Source of the DNA: an uncultured cyanobacterium
GTDB taxonomy: Bacteria > Cyanobacteriota > Cyanobacteriia > PCC-6307 > Cyanobiaceae
NCBI GenBank assembly: GCA_903823115.1
Contig: CAIJRN010000015.1
Location: forward strand, 7,733 to 71,732
Reading direction: 5' to 3'
Length of the DNA: 64,000 nt
Of this stretch, positions 44,651-55,053 are shown piece by piece. The notes beneath the pieces are model-generated. The model ran no database searches. It was not told the DNA's origin and worked only from the letters and a program-made list of their open reading frames with translations. The translations under genes were made by a program, and so were the position numbers. Position 1 is the stretch's first letter; every line of letters starts with the position of its first letter.

Positions 44651-45298
44651 ATGTTCGGGCGCCTGCTGAGGCTGTTGCTCGTCTCGGGATTGGTCACGGG
44701 CACCGTGCTGCTGTTGATGGCAGGCCCCCTGCGCCGCTGGTTGACACCACCGCCGGTGGCCGGTCTCAATGCCCGTCTGAGCGCCGATGGCCGTCTGTTG
44801 GGCCATTTCCCCTATCCGGAGGCGCCGGCGGATCAGCTGGTCGCGATCAGTGCCGATCTGCAGCTGGAGACCGATGCGGCGCATGCGCTGCTGGCGATGC
44901 AAAGGGCCGCAGCGGTCGATGGGGTCCATCTGGTCGTGCTCAGCGCCTTCCGCTCCGTGTCACTGCAGCGGCAACTGTTCTTTGACGTCAAGGCCGCTCG
45001 CAACCAGAGCGCCCGGGACCGGGCCCTGGTCAGTGCCCCGCCAGGGTTTTCGGAGCACAGCACCGGCTTTGCCGTCGATCTCGGCGATGGGCGCCTGCCG
45101 GCCACCAACCTCTCCACCGGTTTCGATCAGACGCCCAGCTATCGCTGGCTGGCAGCCAACGCCCATCGCTTCCATTTCCAACTGTCGTTCCCGCAGGGAA
45201 ATGCCCAGGGGGTGAGCTATGAGCCCTGGCACTGGCGTTTTGAGGGCTCGACCGAAGCCCTGCGGCTGTTCGAGCCCGCCATGCGTCTGGCACGCTAG
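44651..45298 (+). CDS. M15 family D-alanyl-D-alanine carboxypeptidase (VanY-like)
   Basis: SAFRSVSLQRQLF, SEHSTGFAVDL and YEPWHWRF are the VanY/M15B motifs. The ATG at 44651 gives an N-terminal TM anchor (MFGRLLRLLLVSGLVTGTVLLL). Confidence 0.85.
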   Translation: MFGRLLRLLLVSGLVTGTVLLLMAGPLRRWLTPPPVAGLNARLSADGRLLGHFPYPEAPADQLVAISADLQLETDAAHALLAMQRAAAVDGVHLVVLSAFRSVSLQRQLFFDVKAARNQSARDRALVSAPPGFSEHSTGFAVDLGDGRLPATNLSTGFDQTPSYRWLAANAHRFHFQLSFPQGNAQGVSYEPWHWRFEGSTEALRLFEPAMRLAR

Positions 45299-45499
45299 GG
45301 GGCCTGGGCGAGCGCGTCGCAAGGTAAGATCAAGATTCGCTTCAGAAATGTCACGCACCTTGCCAGAGGCATTCGATCCCCGTATCGAGCCCCCTGGCCG
45401 TTGATACGGCACGACCTCCCTGTCAGCCGGAGTTGATCAGGCGGCGAGATTTCAGACGACGCGACACCCGAGCCCAACTCCCTTTCTCTGCAGGATCCG

Positions 45500-47314
45500 A
45501 TGCCCATGAGTGGCGAAGTCAAAGGCGTGCCGATCCGCAACATTGCGATCATTGCCCACGTCGACCACGGCAAGACCACCCTGGTGGACGCCCTTCTCAC
45601 CCAGTCCGGCATCTTCCGGGAGGGCGAGGCCGTGCCCACTTGCATCATGGATTCCAACGATCTGGAGCGGGAGCGGGGCATCACGATTCTCTCCAAGAAC
45701 ACGGCCGTTGATTACAACGGCATCCGCATCAACATTGTTGATACTCCCGGCCACGCCGACTTCGGTGGTGAGGTGGAGCGGGTTCTCGGCATGGTCGATG
45801 GCTGCCTCCTGATCGTCGATGCGAACGAGGGGCCGATGCCCCAGACCCGTTTCGTGCTCAAGAAGGCCCTGGAAAAGGGACTGCGGCCGATCGTGTTTGT
45901 CAACAAGATCGACCGGGCCCGGGTGGATCCCGAGCAGGCCGTCGACAAGGTGCTCGATCTGTTCCTGGAGCTCGGCGCCGACGACGACCAGTGTGATTTC
46001 ACCTATCTCTTCGGCAGTGGCATGGCCGGCTACGCCAAGCCGGATATGAAGACCGAGAGCGAGACGATGAAGCCGCTCTTCGACGCGATTCTGCGCCATG
46101 TACCGCCCCCGGTTGGAGATCCCACCAAGCCCCTGCAGATGCAGGTCACCACGCTCGATTACAGCGATTTCCTCGGCCGCATCATGATCGGCCGTATCCA
46201 CAACGGCACCATCAGGGGCGGTCAGCCCGTGGCCCTGATCCGTGATGACGGCAGCATCAAGCGGGGTCGCATTTCCAAATTGCTCGGCTTCCAGGGGCTG
46301 CAGCGTGTTGAGATCGAGCAGGCCAGTGCCGGTGATCTCGTGGCGGTCGCGGGCTTCGATGAGGTCAATATCGGTGAAACGATCGCCTGTCCCGATCACC
46401 CTGAGGCGCTGCCGCTGATCAAGGTGGATGAACCCACCCTGCAGATGACGTTTGTCGTCAACGACTCTCCGTTTGCCGGCAAGGAAGGCAAATTCGTCAC
46501 CAGCCGCCAGCTGCGGGACCGGCTGCAGCGGGAGCTGCTCACCAACGTGGCCCTGCGTGTCGAGGACACCGACTCCCCCGATCGCTTCGCGGTCAGCGGT
46601 CGTGGTGAATTGCACCTGGGCATCCTGATCGAAACCATGCGCCGCGAAGGTTATGAGTTCCAGGTCAGTCAGCCTCAGGTGATCTTCCGCACCATCGATG
46701 GCACTCCGAGCGAGCCCTACGAAACCCTGGTGATGGATGTGCCGGAGGAATCCGTCGGCTCCTGCATCGAGAAGCTCGGCACGCGCAAGGGCGAGATGCA
46801 GAACATGGAGAACACCAACGACGGCCGTACCCAGCTGGAGTTCGTGGTGCCCGCCCGTGGCCTGATCGGTTTCCGCGGCGAGTTCATCCGCGCCACCCGG
46901 GGCGAGGGGATCATGAGCCATTCGTTCCTTGACTACCGGCCGATGCAGGGGGACATGGATGCCCGCCGCAATGGCGTGCTTGTGGCCTTCGAAGAAGGCA
47001 CCGCCACCTTCTATGCCCTCAAGGGGGCTGAGGATCGTGGCCAGTTCTTCATCACTCCTGGCACCAAGGTCTACAAGGGCATGATTGTTGGCGAGCACAA
47101 CCGTCCGCCCGATCTCGAGCTCAACGTCTGCAAGGCCAAGCAGGTCACCAACATCCGCTCCGCCGGTGCTGAGGTTCTTGACACGCTGCAGGCGCCGATT
47201 CAGATGACTCTGGAGAGGGCGCTCGAGTACATCGGCCCCGATGAGATGCTCGAAGTCACCCCCGAGTCGATCCGGCTGCGCAAGCTGCCGATGAAGAATC
47301 CAGCCAAGCGTTGA
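45500..47314 (+). CDS. typA: translational GTPase TypA/BipA
   Basis: [41 protein letters not shown], and the C-terminal BipA-specific domain. Confidence 0.96.
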   Translation: MPMSGEVKGVPIRNIAIIAHVDHGKTTLVDALLTQSGIFREGEAVPTCIMDSNDLERERGITILSKNTAVDYNGIRINIVDTPGHADFGGEVERVLGMVDGCLLIVDANEGPMPQTRFVLKKALEKGLRPIVFVNKIDRARVDPEQAVDKVLDLFLELGADDDQCDFTYLFGSGMAGYAKPDMKTESETMKPLFDAILRHVPPPVGDPTKPLQMQVTTLDYSDFLGRIMIGRIHNGTIRGGQPVALIRDDGSIKRGRISKLLGFQGLQRVEIEQASAGDLVAVAGFDEVNIGETIACPDHPEALPLIKVDEPTLQMTFVVNDSPFAGKEGKFVTSRQLRDRLQRELLTNVALRVEDTDSPDRFAVSGRGELHLGILIETMRREGYEFQVSQPQVIFRTIDGTPSEPYETLVMDVPEESVGSCIEKLGTRKGEMQNMENTNDGRTQLEFVVPARGLIGFRGEFIRATRGEGIMSHSFLDYRPMQGDMDARRNGVLVAFEEGTATFYALKGAEDRGQFFITPGTKVYKGMIVGEHNRPPDLELNVCKAKQVTNIRSAGAEVLDTLQAPIQMTLERALEYIGPDEMLEVTPESIRLRKLPMKNPAKR

Positions 47315-47382
47315 GCTCTGGCTCCGATGCCGGCGCCGTCCAGCCCAGCTGCGACGGCGCCCTGGATGAAGAGGCGCAACTG

Positions 47383-47745
47383 ATGGCCGATCCCCGCCTT
47401 CGCCATGCCATCGAACTGTTCAACGCCGGCGATTGGTACGCCTGTCACGACGGCTTTGAGGAGCTCTGGCATGAGACCCAGGGCTCCGTCCGCACTGTTC
47501 TGCAGGGAATCCTGCAGATCGCCGTGGGCCAACTCCATCTTGAGCGGGGCAACCTTCATGGGGCCACCGTTCTCACCGGTGAGGGCCTCGGCCGACTGCG
47601 GCGCTGTGACAACCAGGCCCTGGGGCTTGACCTGGTGACTTTTCGTCAGGAGATTGTGTTGTGGTTGCAGGCGTTGCAGGCCGAAACCGACACCTCCGTC
47701 CTGCCAAGACCGACCCTGCACAAGCCGGGTGGGTCATCCCGGTAA
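47383..47745 (+). CDS. DUF309 domain protein
   Basis: AIELFNAGDWYACHDGFEELWHE...LQGILQIAVGQLHLERGN matches the DUF309 pattern. The ATG at 47383 is preferred over the TTG at 47311. Confidence 0.75.
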   Translation: MADPRLRHAIELFNAGDWYACHDGFEELWHETQGSVRTVLQGILQIAVGQLHLERGNLHGATVLTGEGLGRLRRCDNQALGLDLVTFRQEIVLWLQALQAETDTSVLPRPTLHKPGGSSR

Positions 47746-47781
47746 ATTGGGCCCACGTATCACCACCTGCCGAGCTGATCG

Positions 47782-48321
47782 ATGCAGGTCAGAACCCTGT
47801 CCCAGTTGCGATCACGTTGGCGTTCTCCACTGAGCGCAGCGATGCATTCCGCCGCCAGTCATCGTCGTCGCAGGCTGACGGTGACAGCTGTGCTGTCCCT
47901 TCTGGCGCTGGCGATTCCCCATCCCGGAGCGGCCCAGTCCGCAACGCCGGCCAAGCCGGTGGTCAGCAGCCCGGTATCGGCTGCGGACGCCGGGCTGGTT
48001 TCGATTGAATCGGACACCCAGCAGGCCGACAACCGCACCGGCGTGGTGACCGCCATTGGCAATGTGCGCATTGAATACCCCGATCGCCACATGGTCGCCA
48101 CCTCGCGCCAGGCCCAGTATTTCTCCAAAGAAGGCCGGCTTGTGTTGACCGGCGATGTGGATGTCATCGATGCCGATGGTCAGCGCATTCGTGCCGAACG
48201 GCTTGTGTACAGGCTTGACAGTGAGCGGCTCCTGGCCGAACCTCCCGCCGGCAAACAGGTGTACAGCCGCCTGAGGTTGCAGAGCAAGGCCTCAGCCGCC
48301 GCCAAACCTCTGCTGCCATGA
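47782..48321 (+). CDS. lptA: LptA/OstA N-terminal domain protein (periplasmic LPS transport)
   Basis: Signal peptide, then an OstA-like beta-jellyroll pattern (ADNRTGVVTAIGNVRIEYPDRHMVATSRQAQYFSKEGRLVLTGDV). ATGA overlap with the following lptB-type ORF. Confidence 0.75.
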   Translation: MQVRTLSQLRSRWRSPLSAAMHSAASHRRRRLTVTAVLSLLALAIPHPGAAQSATPAKPVVSSPVSAADAGLVSIESDTQQADNRTGVVTAIGNVRIEYPDRHMVATSRQAQYFSKEGRLVLTGDVDVIDADGQRIRAERLVYRLDSERLLAEPPAGKQVYSRLRLQSKASAAAKPLLP

Positions 48322-50372
48322 GTCTTGCCCTGGAACGGGTGTCCATCACCCTGGGGGGTCGGCCTCTCGTCGATGACGTCAGTCTGGAACTTCGCCCCGG
48401 TGAAGTGGTGGGCCTGCTCGGCCCCAACGGCGCTGGCAAAACGACCACCTTCAATCTCGTCACCGGGCTGCTGCGGCCTGACAGCGGCGATGTGCTGCTG
48501 GATGGCCAGTCGGTCAGCGCCCTGTCGATGCCGGTGCGAGCCCGACTCGGTATCGGTTATCTGCCCCAGGAAGCGAGTGTCTTCCGCCAGCTCACCGTGC
48601 GCGACAACCTGCGGCTGGCGCTGGCCGAGAGCGGCACGCCGCAACATCGGCGCCGCGATCGGCTGGAACAACTGATCGAGGATTTCCATCTCGGACTGTT
48701 CCAGCATCGGCGCGGCTACCAGCTTTCGGGAGGCGAACGGCGCCGTTGCGAGGTGGCACGAGCTCTGGCCGTCGGCGAATCGGGGCCCCGCTATCTGCTG
48801 CTCGATGAGCCCTTCGCCGGGGTGGACCCTCTGGCGGTGGCCGATCTGCAGGATCTGATCAGCGGCCTGCGGGATCGGGGCATGGGCGTGTTGATCACCG
48901 ACCACAACGTTCGTGAGACGTTGGCGATCACCAATCGCGCCTACATCCTCACCGAGGGGTCCCTGCTGGCCTCGGGCAGCTCCGCCGAGGTGGCGGAGAA
49001 CCCTCTGGTCAGGCGCCACTACCTGGGTGAGACCTTCGCCATGTTGGCGGCCCCCTCCTTCTGGAGCGGCGAAAACGATGAACCCCTGGACGCTCCTCTC
49101 GAACCGCCGAGCCAGCCGGAGCTGCTCCCGGAACCAGGGGCTGCGGCCACGAGCTGGGTCAGCCGCCTGGATCGGTTTCCCGTGGTCCGGGCCAGCCAGA
49201 GATGGGCGGCGGCCGCTGTCTCGCCGCTGCGCCCCTGGCTGCGCCGTATCCCCCTGCTCGATCGCTGGCTGGTCGGGGAACTGCTCGGTCCCCTGCTGTT
49301 CGGCACCGCCGCTTTCACGGCCGTGTCCCTGTCGGTGGGCGTGGTGTTCGAGCTGGTCAGGCGGGTGTCGGAATCGGGCCTGCCGGTCACGGCGGCGCTG
49401 CTGGTGCTGATGCTGCGCCTGCCCGGATTTCTGGTCCTGGCCTTCCCGATGGCCACCTTGATGGCCACCTTGCTGGCCTACAGCCGGCTGTCCGGCAGCA
49501 GTGAGCTCACGGCCCTGCGCAGCGTCGGAGTGAGCACCCGCCGCATGGTGGTGCCCGCCCTGGCCCTGTCCGTGGTGATGAGCCTGCTGACCTTCACCTT
49601 CAACGATCTGATCGTGCCACGGGCCAACCTCGCCGCCTCGAACACTCTGGAGCGGGCCCTGGGCAAGGCGATTGCCAGCGAGAAAGGCGACAACATTCTC
49701 TATTCCCGTTTTGGTCGTATCAAGATGGAGGAGGGGGAATCAACCCGCATGTTGACCCATATTTTTTACGCTCGGAAGTTCCTGCGTGGCGACATGAATG
49801 ATGTCACGTTGCTTGATTTTTCCCGTGCTGGTCAGCGCCAGATGCTGATGGCCAAGCAGGGACATTGGAACGATGACAAGGCGATGTGGGAGTTCACGGA
49901 CGGCAGGATTGTTAATATTGATGATAACAATGGCACGACAACCTCCGCTGAATTTGACCGCTATTTCTATCCACTCTCCCGCGATCCCCTGGAGGTGGCA
50001 AAGCTTCCCACCGATGCCAGTGTGATGACGGTGGGCCAAGCGCTGCGTGCGGAACGGCTGCTCATGGAAGCCAACAACCTCAAGGAAGCACGTCGTTTAA
50101 GAGTACGAATCCAGGAGAAGTTTGCCTTCCCCGCCATCTGTCTGGTCTTCGGCTTGATCGGCAGCAGCCTCGGCGTTCGTCCCCACTCCCGCACCAGCCG
50201 CAGCCAGGGCTTCGGTATCAGCGTGCTGTTGATTTTCGGCTATTACTTGATGTCGTTCATCTTCAGCTCCCTCGGGATCACCGCCACCCTCACCCCGGTC
50301 CTGGCAGCCTGGATGCCAGTGCTGATCGGCCTGAGTGGCGGGCTGTGGCTGCTGCGGCAAGCCAGCCGCTGA
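48318..50372 (+). CDS. LptB-type ABC ATPase fused in frame to an LptF/LptG (YjgP/YjgQ) permease
   Basis: Residues 1-~240 carry Walker [25 protein letters not shown] and [12 protein letters not shown], ending in HYLGETF. The frame then continues with no stop through a ~60-aa Pro/Ala-rich linker into [24 protein letters not shown], a full six-TM LptF/G-like permease. Confidence 0.85.
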   Translation: MSLALERVSITLGGRPLVDDVSLELRPGEVVGLLGPNGAGKTTTFNLVTGLLRPDSGDVLLDGQSVSALSMPVRARLGIGYLPQEASVFRQLTVRDNLRLALAESGTPQHRRRDRLEQLIEDFHLGLFQHRRGYQLSGGERRRCEVARALAVGESGPRYLLLDEPFAGVDPLAVADLQDLISGLRDRGMGVLITDHNVRETLAITNRAYILTEGSLLASGSSAEVAENPLVRRHYLGETFAMLAAPSFWSGENDEPLDAPLEPPSQPELLPEPGAAATSWVSRLDRFPVVRASQRWAAAAVSPLRPWLRRIPLLDRWLVGELLGPLLFGTAAFTAVSLSVGVVFELVRRVSESGLPVTAALLVLMLRLPGFLVLAFPMATLMATLLAYSRLSGSSELTALRSVGVSTRRMVVPALALSVVMSLLTFTFNDLIVPRANLAASNTLERALGKAIASEKGDNILYSRFGRIKMEEGESTRMLTHIFYARKFLRGDMNDVTLLDFSRAGQRQMLMAKQGHWNDDKAMWEFTDGRIVNIDDNNGTTTSAEFDRYFYPLSRDPLEVAKLPTDASVMTVGQALRAERLLMEANNLKEARRLRVRIQEKFAFPAICLVFGLIGSSLGVRPHSRTSRSQGFGISVLLIFGYYLMSFIFSSLGITATLTPVLAAWMPVLIGLSGGLWLLRQASR

Positions 50373-50446
50373 GGCCGCCCCACCGGGCTGACTCGGCCCG
50401 AATCGCCTGGTTGGACGGCAGACTGGGGCGATCTGAACCTTGCTGC

Positions 50447-51358
50447 GTGAACGATCCGGTTTTTGCCCTGGGCCTGGTGGCCTTCGGTCTGCTGCTGTTG
50501 GTGCTGCCCCTGTCGTTCTGGGCTCTCAGCGGTGGCAAGAGCAGTTCCGCCGTGCGCTTGCTGGTGGCGGCTGCCAACCTCTGCCTCACCGCCCAGTTGG
50601 TGCTGCGCTGGTGGGACTCTGGTCATTTTCCGATCAGCAATCTTTATGAATCCCTTTGCTTCCTGGCCTGGGGCTGCACCCTGACCCAGTTGCTGGTGGA
50701 ACGCAGCTGGCCCAGTCCGCTGGTGCCGGCGGCGGCCACACCGATGGCCCTGGGTTGCGTGGCCTTTGCCAGCTTCGCCTTGCCGGATCAACTGCAACAG
50801 GCCTCGCCGCTGGTGCCTGCCCTGCGTTCCAGCTGGTTGGTGATGCATGTGAGCGTGATCATGCTCAGCTACGCCGCCCTGCTGGTGGGCTCGCTGCTGT
50901 CGCTGGCGGTGTTGTTCACCGACCGCGACCAGGCTTTGGAACTGCGCAGCAGCTCCATCGGCAGCGGCGGCTTCCGCCAGGCCCAGCTCGCCTCCGATGG
51001 CCCCGCTGCCATGGCGCTGAGCAGCACCGAATTCCGGATCAGCGAGCAGCTCGACAGCCTCAGTTACCGCACGATCACCGTTGGCTTTCTGCTGTTGTCG
51101 GTGGGTCTGGTCAGCGGCGCTGTCTGGGCCAACGAGGCCTGGGGCAGCTGGTGGAGCTGGGACCCCAAGGAGACCTGGGCCCTGATTTGCTGGTTGGTCT
51201 ATGCGGCCTATCTGCATACGCGCCTGATCCGCGGGTGGCAGGGGCGCCGGCCTGCGATTGTCGCTGTGGTCGGGCTTGTGGTGATCGCGGTCTGCTATAT
51301 CGGCGTCAACCTGCTCGGCATCGGACTGCACAGCTATGGCTGGTTCTTCGACAGCTGA
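50447..51358 (+). CDS. ccsA: cytochrome c biogenesis protein CcsA
   Basis: The Trp-rich haem-handling motif [19 protein letters not shown] and the conserved His context YLHTR. Start is either the GTG at 50447 or the GTG at 50345. Confidence 0.9.
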   Translation: MNDPVFALGLVAFGLLLLVLPLSFWALSGGKSSSAVRLLVAAANLCLTAQLVLRWWDSGHFPISNLYESLCFLAWGCTLTQLLVERSWPSPLVPAAATPMALGCVAFASFALPDQLQQASPLVPALRSSWLVMHVSVIMLSYAALLVGSLLSLAVLFTDRDQALELRSSSIGSGGFRQAQLASDGPAAMALSSTEFRISEQLDSLSYRTITVGFLLLSVGLVSGAVWANEAWGSWWSWDPKETWALICWLVYAAYLHTRLIRGWQGRRPAIVAVVGLVVIAVCYIGVNLLGIGLHSYGWFFDS

Positions 51359-51695
51359 GTATTAATTACCTCCGTTTCAACGGCTGATCGCTGCTCGAGC
51401 CAGAGTCCTTGAGCCTCGCGTTGGAGTGCAATCCCGCTGACACCATCCCTGCAGCTTCGGCTGGCTGAGGGCACTGTGCCCCAGGGCCGCTGGTGAACGA
51501 AGAGGCTGCCGAGCCCGCCCGGCTACGGCGATTCCCACCCGATCCGCTTGCCTTTCATGGCCGTGGCGCTGTCTGATTCGGTGGCAGAGTTCGGCTGTCG
51601 CGATCACCACGGCTGAGCCGAATCATTCGCTCAGGCGAATGGCGACTCTGGCCCTGCTCGCCATGGGTGAGAGACGCTGCATTGAACGCTCCGCC

Positions 51696-51726
51696 AAAAA
51701 AAAGAGACCCCCATGGCGGGAGCCTC
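51696..51726 (-). terminator. rho-independent terminator downstream of rpe
   Basis: On the minus strand: GAGGCTCCC-GCCAT-GGGGGTCTC (9 bp including 2 G-U pairs) followed by TTTTTTTT, about 30 nt after the rpe stop. Confidence 0.6.
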
Positions 51727-51753
51727 CGAAGTCCAACGGCCTGAGCTTCGACT

Positions 51754-52437
51754 TCAGACCAAGGCCGGTTCAGGACGGCGGCTGTTGCGGATGCCTTGAA
51801 TCGCCTCGGCGTAGTCGCTGGCGCCGAAGACGCCGGAACCGCTGACGATGGCGTTGGCACCGGCTTCGATCACCTTCCAGGCGTTGGACGGCTTGACGCC
51901 GCCATCCACCTCGATCCAGGGGTCCAGACCGCGCTCATCGCAGAGCCGGCGCAGATCACGGATCTTCTGGACCTGGTTCTCGATGAAGCTCTGGCCGCCG
52001 AAGCCGGGGTTGACGCTCATGATCAACACCAGATCGCAGAGCTCCAGGCAGTATTCGAGGGTGTCGAGCGGGGTGCTGGGGTTGAGCACGGCGCCCGCCA
52101 GTTTGCCCAGCTCCTTGATCTGGGCCAGGTTGCGATGCAGGTGGGGACAGGCCTCAACCTGGACGCTGATGATGTCGGCCCCGGCCTTGGCGAAGTCGGC
52201 GACGTACCTCTCCGGCTCCACGATCATCAGGTGAACGTCGAGGGGCTTGGTGGTGACTGGCCTGAGGGCCTCGACGATCAGGGGACCGATGGTGATGTTG
52301 GGGACGAAGCGGCCATCCATCACGTCCACGTGGATCCAGTCGGCGCCGGCCTGGTCGACAGCTCGCACGTCCTCCCCCAGCTTTGAGAAGTCGGCGGAGA
52401 GGATCGAAGGGGAAACCACCAGGGGTTTGGTGCTCAT
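51754..52437 (-). CDS. rpe: ribulose-phosphate 3-epimerase
   Basis: [43 protein letters not shown] and EVDGG. Confidence 0.96.
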   Translation of the reverse strand: MSTKPLVVSPSILSADFSKLGEDVRAVDQAGADWIHVDVMDGRFVPNITIGPLIVEALRPVTTKPLDVHLMIVEPERYVADFAKAGADIISVQVEACPHLHRNLAQIKELGKLAGAVLNPSTPLDTLEYCLELCDLVLIMSVNPGFGGQSFIENQVQKIRDLRRLCDERGLDPWIEVDGGVKPSNAWKVIEAGANAIVSGSGVFGASDYAEAIQGIRNSRRPEPALV

Positions 52438-52610
52438 GGACGTCCACCGGAGCGAAAGCGGATCAGGATTGTAAGGAGCCGCCTACCGCACTGATACGAT
52501 TGCCGCGCTTCAAGCCCCAGAGGGCCTGCAGTTGCTGGCGCCTTCGGCTTCCACCGGGCGTACCTCCTCTGTCGCTTCTCCCTGAAGCCCCGTACCCCTG
52601 CCCGACTGAC

Positions 52611-53615
52611 GTGGATCGCACCCTCATCCAGGAAATTCTCGAGGTCGTAGAACAAGCCGCCATCGCATCTGCAGAACTCACCGGCCTCGGCCAGAAGGAT
52701 GAGGCTGATGCCGCAGCGGTTGAAGCCATGCGCAAGCGCATGGGCCAGATTCAGATGCAGGGCCGCATCGTCATCGGTGAAGGGGAGCGTGACGAAGCTC
52801 CCATGCTGTACATCGGCGAAGAAGTCGGCAGCGGCACCGGTCCCGGCGTCGATTTCGCCGTCGATCCCTGCGAAGGCACCAATCTCTGCGCCAACAGCCA
52901 GCGTGGTTCGATGGCCGTGCTGGCCGCCTCCGATCGCGGCGGCCTGTTCAACGCCCCCGACTTCTACATGAAGAAGCTGGCAGCACCCCCGGCTGCCAAG
53001 GGCAAGGTGGACATCCGCAAGTCGGCCACCGAGAACATCAAGATTCTCAGCGAGTGCCTGGGTCTGGCCGCCAGTGAACTGACCATCGTGGTCATGGATC
53101 GCGCCCGCCACAAGGATCTGATCGCCGAGATCCGTTCCACCGGCGCCCGGGTTCAGCCCATCTCCGACGGTGACGTGCAGGCCGCCATCGCCTGCGGCTT
53201 CGCCGGCACCGGCACCCATTGCCTGATGGGCATCGGCGCTGCCCCTGAAGGGGTGATCTCCGCCGCCGCCATGCGCGCCCTTGGCGGCCACTTCCAGGGC
53301 CAGCTGGTCTATGACCCGGCCGTCGCCCAGACCAGTGAGTGGGCCGACTACACCAAGGAGGGCAACATCGCCCGGCTCAACGAGATGGGCATCACCGACG
53401 TTGACAAGGTGTACGAGGCGGAAGAGCTCGCCTCAGGCGAGAATGTGGTTTTCGCCGGCAGTGGCATCACCGATGGCCTGCTGTTCCACGGTGTCAAGTT
53501 TGAGAAGGACTGCACCAGGACCAGCAGCCTGGTGATCAGCACCCTCGACAACAGCGCCAGGTTCACCAACACCATCCACATCAAGCCAGGCGCCCAGAGC
53601 ATCGCTCTGGTCTGA
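52611..53615 (+). CDS. glpX: class II fructose-1,6-/sedoheptulose-1,7-bisphosphatase (GlpX type)
   Basis: [35 protein letters not shown] and DPCEGTN. The GTG at 52611 is preferred; the 76 upstream codons of the track ORF cross the divergent promoter region. Confidence 0.94.
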   Translation: MDRTLIQEILEVVEQAAIASAELTGLGQKDEADAAAVEAMRKRMGQIQMQGRIVIGEGERDEAPMLYIGEEVGSGTGPGVDFAVDPCEGTNLCANSQRGSMAVLAASDRGGLFNAPDFYMKKLAAPPAAKGKVDIRKSATENIKILSECLGLAASELTIVVMDRARHKDLIAEIRSTGARVQPISDGDVQAAIACGFAGTGTHCLMGIGAAPEGVISAAAMRALGGHFQGQLVYDPAVAQTSEWADYTKEGNIARLNEMGITDVDKVYEAEELASGENVVFAGSGITDGLLFHGVKFEKDCTRTSSLVISTLDNSARFTNTIHIKPGAQSIALV

Positions 53616-53652
53616 TTTGTCAGCAGCCTGAGCGAGCTCCTTCCCCGACTCC

Positions 53653-54963
53653 ATGCATATCGCCGTCGTCGGTCTCAGCCATCGCACGGCTCCGGTTGAG
53701 CTTCGCGAGCGGCTCAGCATCCCGGAGCAGACGATGGAAGCATCCCTGCAGCAGCTGCGCTCCGACGATCAGGTGCTGGAGGCCTCCATCCTCAGCACCT
53801 GCAATCGCCTTGAGATCTATGCCCTGTTGCGCCATCCTGAGCAGGGCATCACGGCGGTGGGCAGCTTCCTGAGCCAGGTCTCCGGCCTGGCCCTGGATCA
53901 GCTCACTCCCCACCTGTTCACCTTCCATCACGAGGAGGCCGTCGGTCACCTGCTGCGGGTGGCCGCCGGCCTTGACAGCCTGGTGCTGGGGGAGGGCCAG
54001 ATCCTCTCCCAGGTGAAGAAAATGGTGCGCCTGGGTCAGGAGCACCGCTCCGTCGGCCCGATCCTCAATCGCTTGCTCAACCAGGCGGTGAGCACCGGGA
54101 AGCGGGTGCGCACCGAAACCAATCTCGGTACTGGAGCTGTCTCGATCAGTTCCGCGGCTGTGGAGCTGGCCCAGCTGAAGATCGGCCAGGCCCGCGGGCT
54201 CGATGAGCTGGTTTCCCTTGAACAGGAACAGGTCGCGGTGGTCGGAGCGGGTCGGATGGCTCGCCTGCTGTTGCAGCATCTCCAGTCCAAGGGCTGTCGC
54301 GGTGTCGTGCTCCTCAATCGCACCGTGGCCCGAGCCGAGGCCCTTGCTGCCGATTTCCCGGCTCTGCCGGTGCAATGCCGTCCGCTTGGCGAACTTGATC
54401 ACTGCCTGAGCACCTGCTCTCTGGTGTTCACCAGCACCGGCGCCGAGGAGCCGATCATCAGCGCCGAACGGCTGCATGGCCTCAACCGACGCTCCAGCCT
54501 GTTGCTGATCGATATCGGTGTGCCGCGCAACATCAGTGCCGATGCCGGAGCGCTGAGCGGGGTCGAAGCCTTTGATGTGGATGATCTCCAGGAGGTGGTG
54601 GCCCGCAATCAGGAGAATCGTCGCGAGATGGCCGCAGAAGCCGAAGGGCTGCTGGCTGAGGAGTCGCAGCTCTTCCTGGAATGGTGGGATGGACTGGAGG
54701 CCGTGCCGCTTGTCAATCGTCTGCGCAACCAGCTGGAAGACATCCGCGAGCAGGAACTCCAGAAAGCTCTCAGCCGCATGGGTCCCGATCTCTCAGCTCG
54801 GGAGCGCAAGGTTGTCGAAGCACTAAGCAAAGGCATCATCAATAAGATCCTGCACACCCCGGTGACCCGGCTGAGAGCGCCTCAGCCACGGCAGCAACGC
54901 CATCAGGCGATGAAGGTTCTGCAGGATCTGTTTGAACTGCACGAGGGGCCGTCCGATGGCTGA
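53653..54963 (+). CDS. hemA: glutamyl-tRNA reductase
   Basis: MHIAVVGLSHRTAPVELRE, LSTCNRLEIY (the catalytic Cys), VLGEGQILSQVK, and the NADPH fold VVGAGRMA. Confidence 0.95.
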   Translation: MHIAVVGLSHRTAPVELRERLSIPEQTMEASLQQLRSDDQVLEASILSTCNRLEIYALLRHPEQGITAVGSFLSQVSGLALDQLTPHLFTFHHEEAVGHLLRVAAGLDSLVLGEGQILSQVKKMVRLGQEHRSVGPILNRLLNQAVSTGKRVRTETNLGTGAVSISSAAVELAQLKIGQARGLDELVSLEQEQVAVVGAGRMARLLLQHLQSKGCRGVVLLNRTVARAEALAADFPALPVQCRPLGELDHCLSTCSLVFTSTGAEEPIISAERLHGLNRRSSLLLIDIGVPRNISADAGALSGVEAFDVDDLQEVVARNQENRREMAAEAEGLLAEESQLFLEWWDGLEAVPLVNRLRNQLEDIREQELQKALSRMGPDLSARERKVVEALSKGIINKILHTPVTRLRAPQPRQQRHQAMKVLQDLFELHEGPSDG

Positions 54964-55053
54964 GATGCGCTTGCATCGAAGTGTTCCCGGCACTCGCAGA
55001 CGTGCCCCTCGCTCTTGTACGGTCAGCCCATTAAAAAGAGAGGAAGAGAGTCC

